From: an uncultured Oscillospiraceae bacterium
GTDB taxonomy: Bacteria > Bacillota > Clostridia > Oscillospirales > Oscillospiraceae
Direction of reading: 5' to 3'
DNA length: 64,000 nucleotides
NCBI GenBank assembly: GCA_944387685.1
Contig: CALXFW010000059.1
Location: 3,761 to 67,760 of the forward strand
Position 1 is the first letter of the stretch. Each line of letters begins with the position of its first letter. Shown piece by piece: positions 63,764 to 64,000 of the stretch. A model generated the notes under the pieces. That model did no database searches, had not been told where the DNA came from, and worked only from the letters and a program-made list of their open reading frames with translations. The position numbers were made by a program, and so were the translations under genes.

Positions 63764-64000
63764 ATGACGCTATTCATTACCAGCAGCCCCTTCCTGGAGG
63801 GGGCAGACCGGGCGCTCTTAAGCAGCGCCAACGGCTTTCTTGACCGCATCCGGCAGGCCCTTCCCCCCACCCCCCGGGCGCTGTTTGTCTGCTCCGACCC
63901 CAATGACCATGAGATGACCTGCCAATTCGGCGCAGAGACCATGGCGGCCTTTGCCCGGGCCAGGATTCCCTTCTCCGCCTATCAGGTTCTGGACGGAGAA
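63764..64000 (+). CDS. Probable peptidase S51 / type-1 glutamine amidotransferase-like protein, truncated at the right edge
   Basis: AAGGAG RBS; MTLFITSSP...NGFLDRIR...LFVCSDP resembles clostridial PepE-like N-termini. The catalytic region lies outside the window. Confidence 0.5.
   Translation, partial: MTLFITSSPFLEGADRALLSSANGFLDRIRQALPPTPRALFVCSDPNDHEMTCQFGAETMAAFARARIPFSAYQVLDGE

Noticed and set aside
1-64000. CRISPR arrays, IS elements, prophage, reverse transcriptase/retron or tandem repeat arrays
   Set aside because: No regularly spaced repeats or such ORFs were seen; all intergenic gaps are under about 420 bp and largely explained by promoters and terminators.

Overview
Densely coding, GC-rich chromosomal window from a spore-forming clostridial Firmicute (Oscillospiraceae-like by gene content, sigmaA TTGACA-17-TATAAT promoters and GGAGG RBSs; taxonomy is inference). 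I saw no integrase, transposase, prophage or CRISPR array. From left to right: a pxpABC (5-oxoprolinase-like) operon with biotin carboxylase, BCCP and a YcsG-type transporter; a Y-family polymerase with a YolD-like partner; a compact locus degV - ICMT-like methyltransferase - GH3 amido-ligase - 7TM/GAF/degenerate-GGDEF/HD-GYP, divergent from a 7TM/degenerate-GGDEF/EAL gene (best candidate for an undescribed lipid-signal/c-di-GMP system); housekeeping and envelope genes (sdaA, trmK, Nif3-like, yebC, GtrB-like plus GT-C-like, GGGtGRT plus NifU-like, rpe, htrA, LCP, glmM); an XRE-led operon of poorly known genes; lrgAB and a chrA pair; blaI-blaR1-like genes with a tandem palindromic operator; sbcDC, a ClC protein, darA and tRNA-Ser(GGA); two back-to-back heterodimeric ABC exporters, one preceded by an unlisted 21-aa leader peptide plus terminator (probable antibiotic-responsive attenuator); rpmB, hprK and a RluA-family gene. 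All family calls come from motif recognition by eye; no database searches were run.
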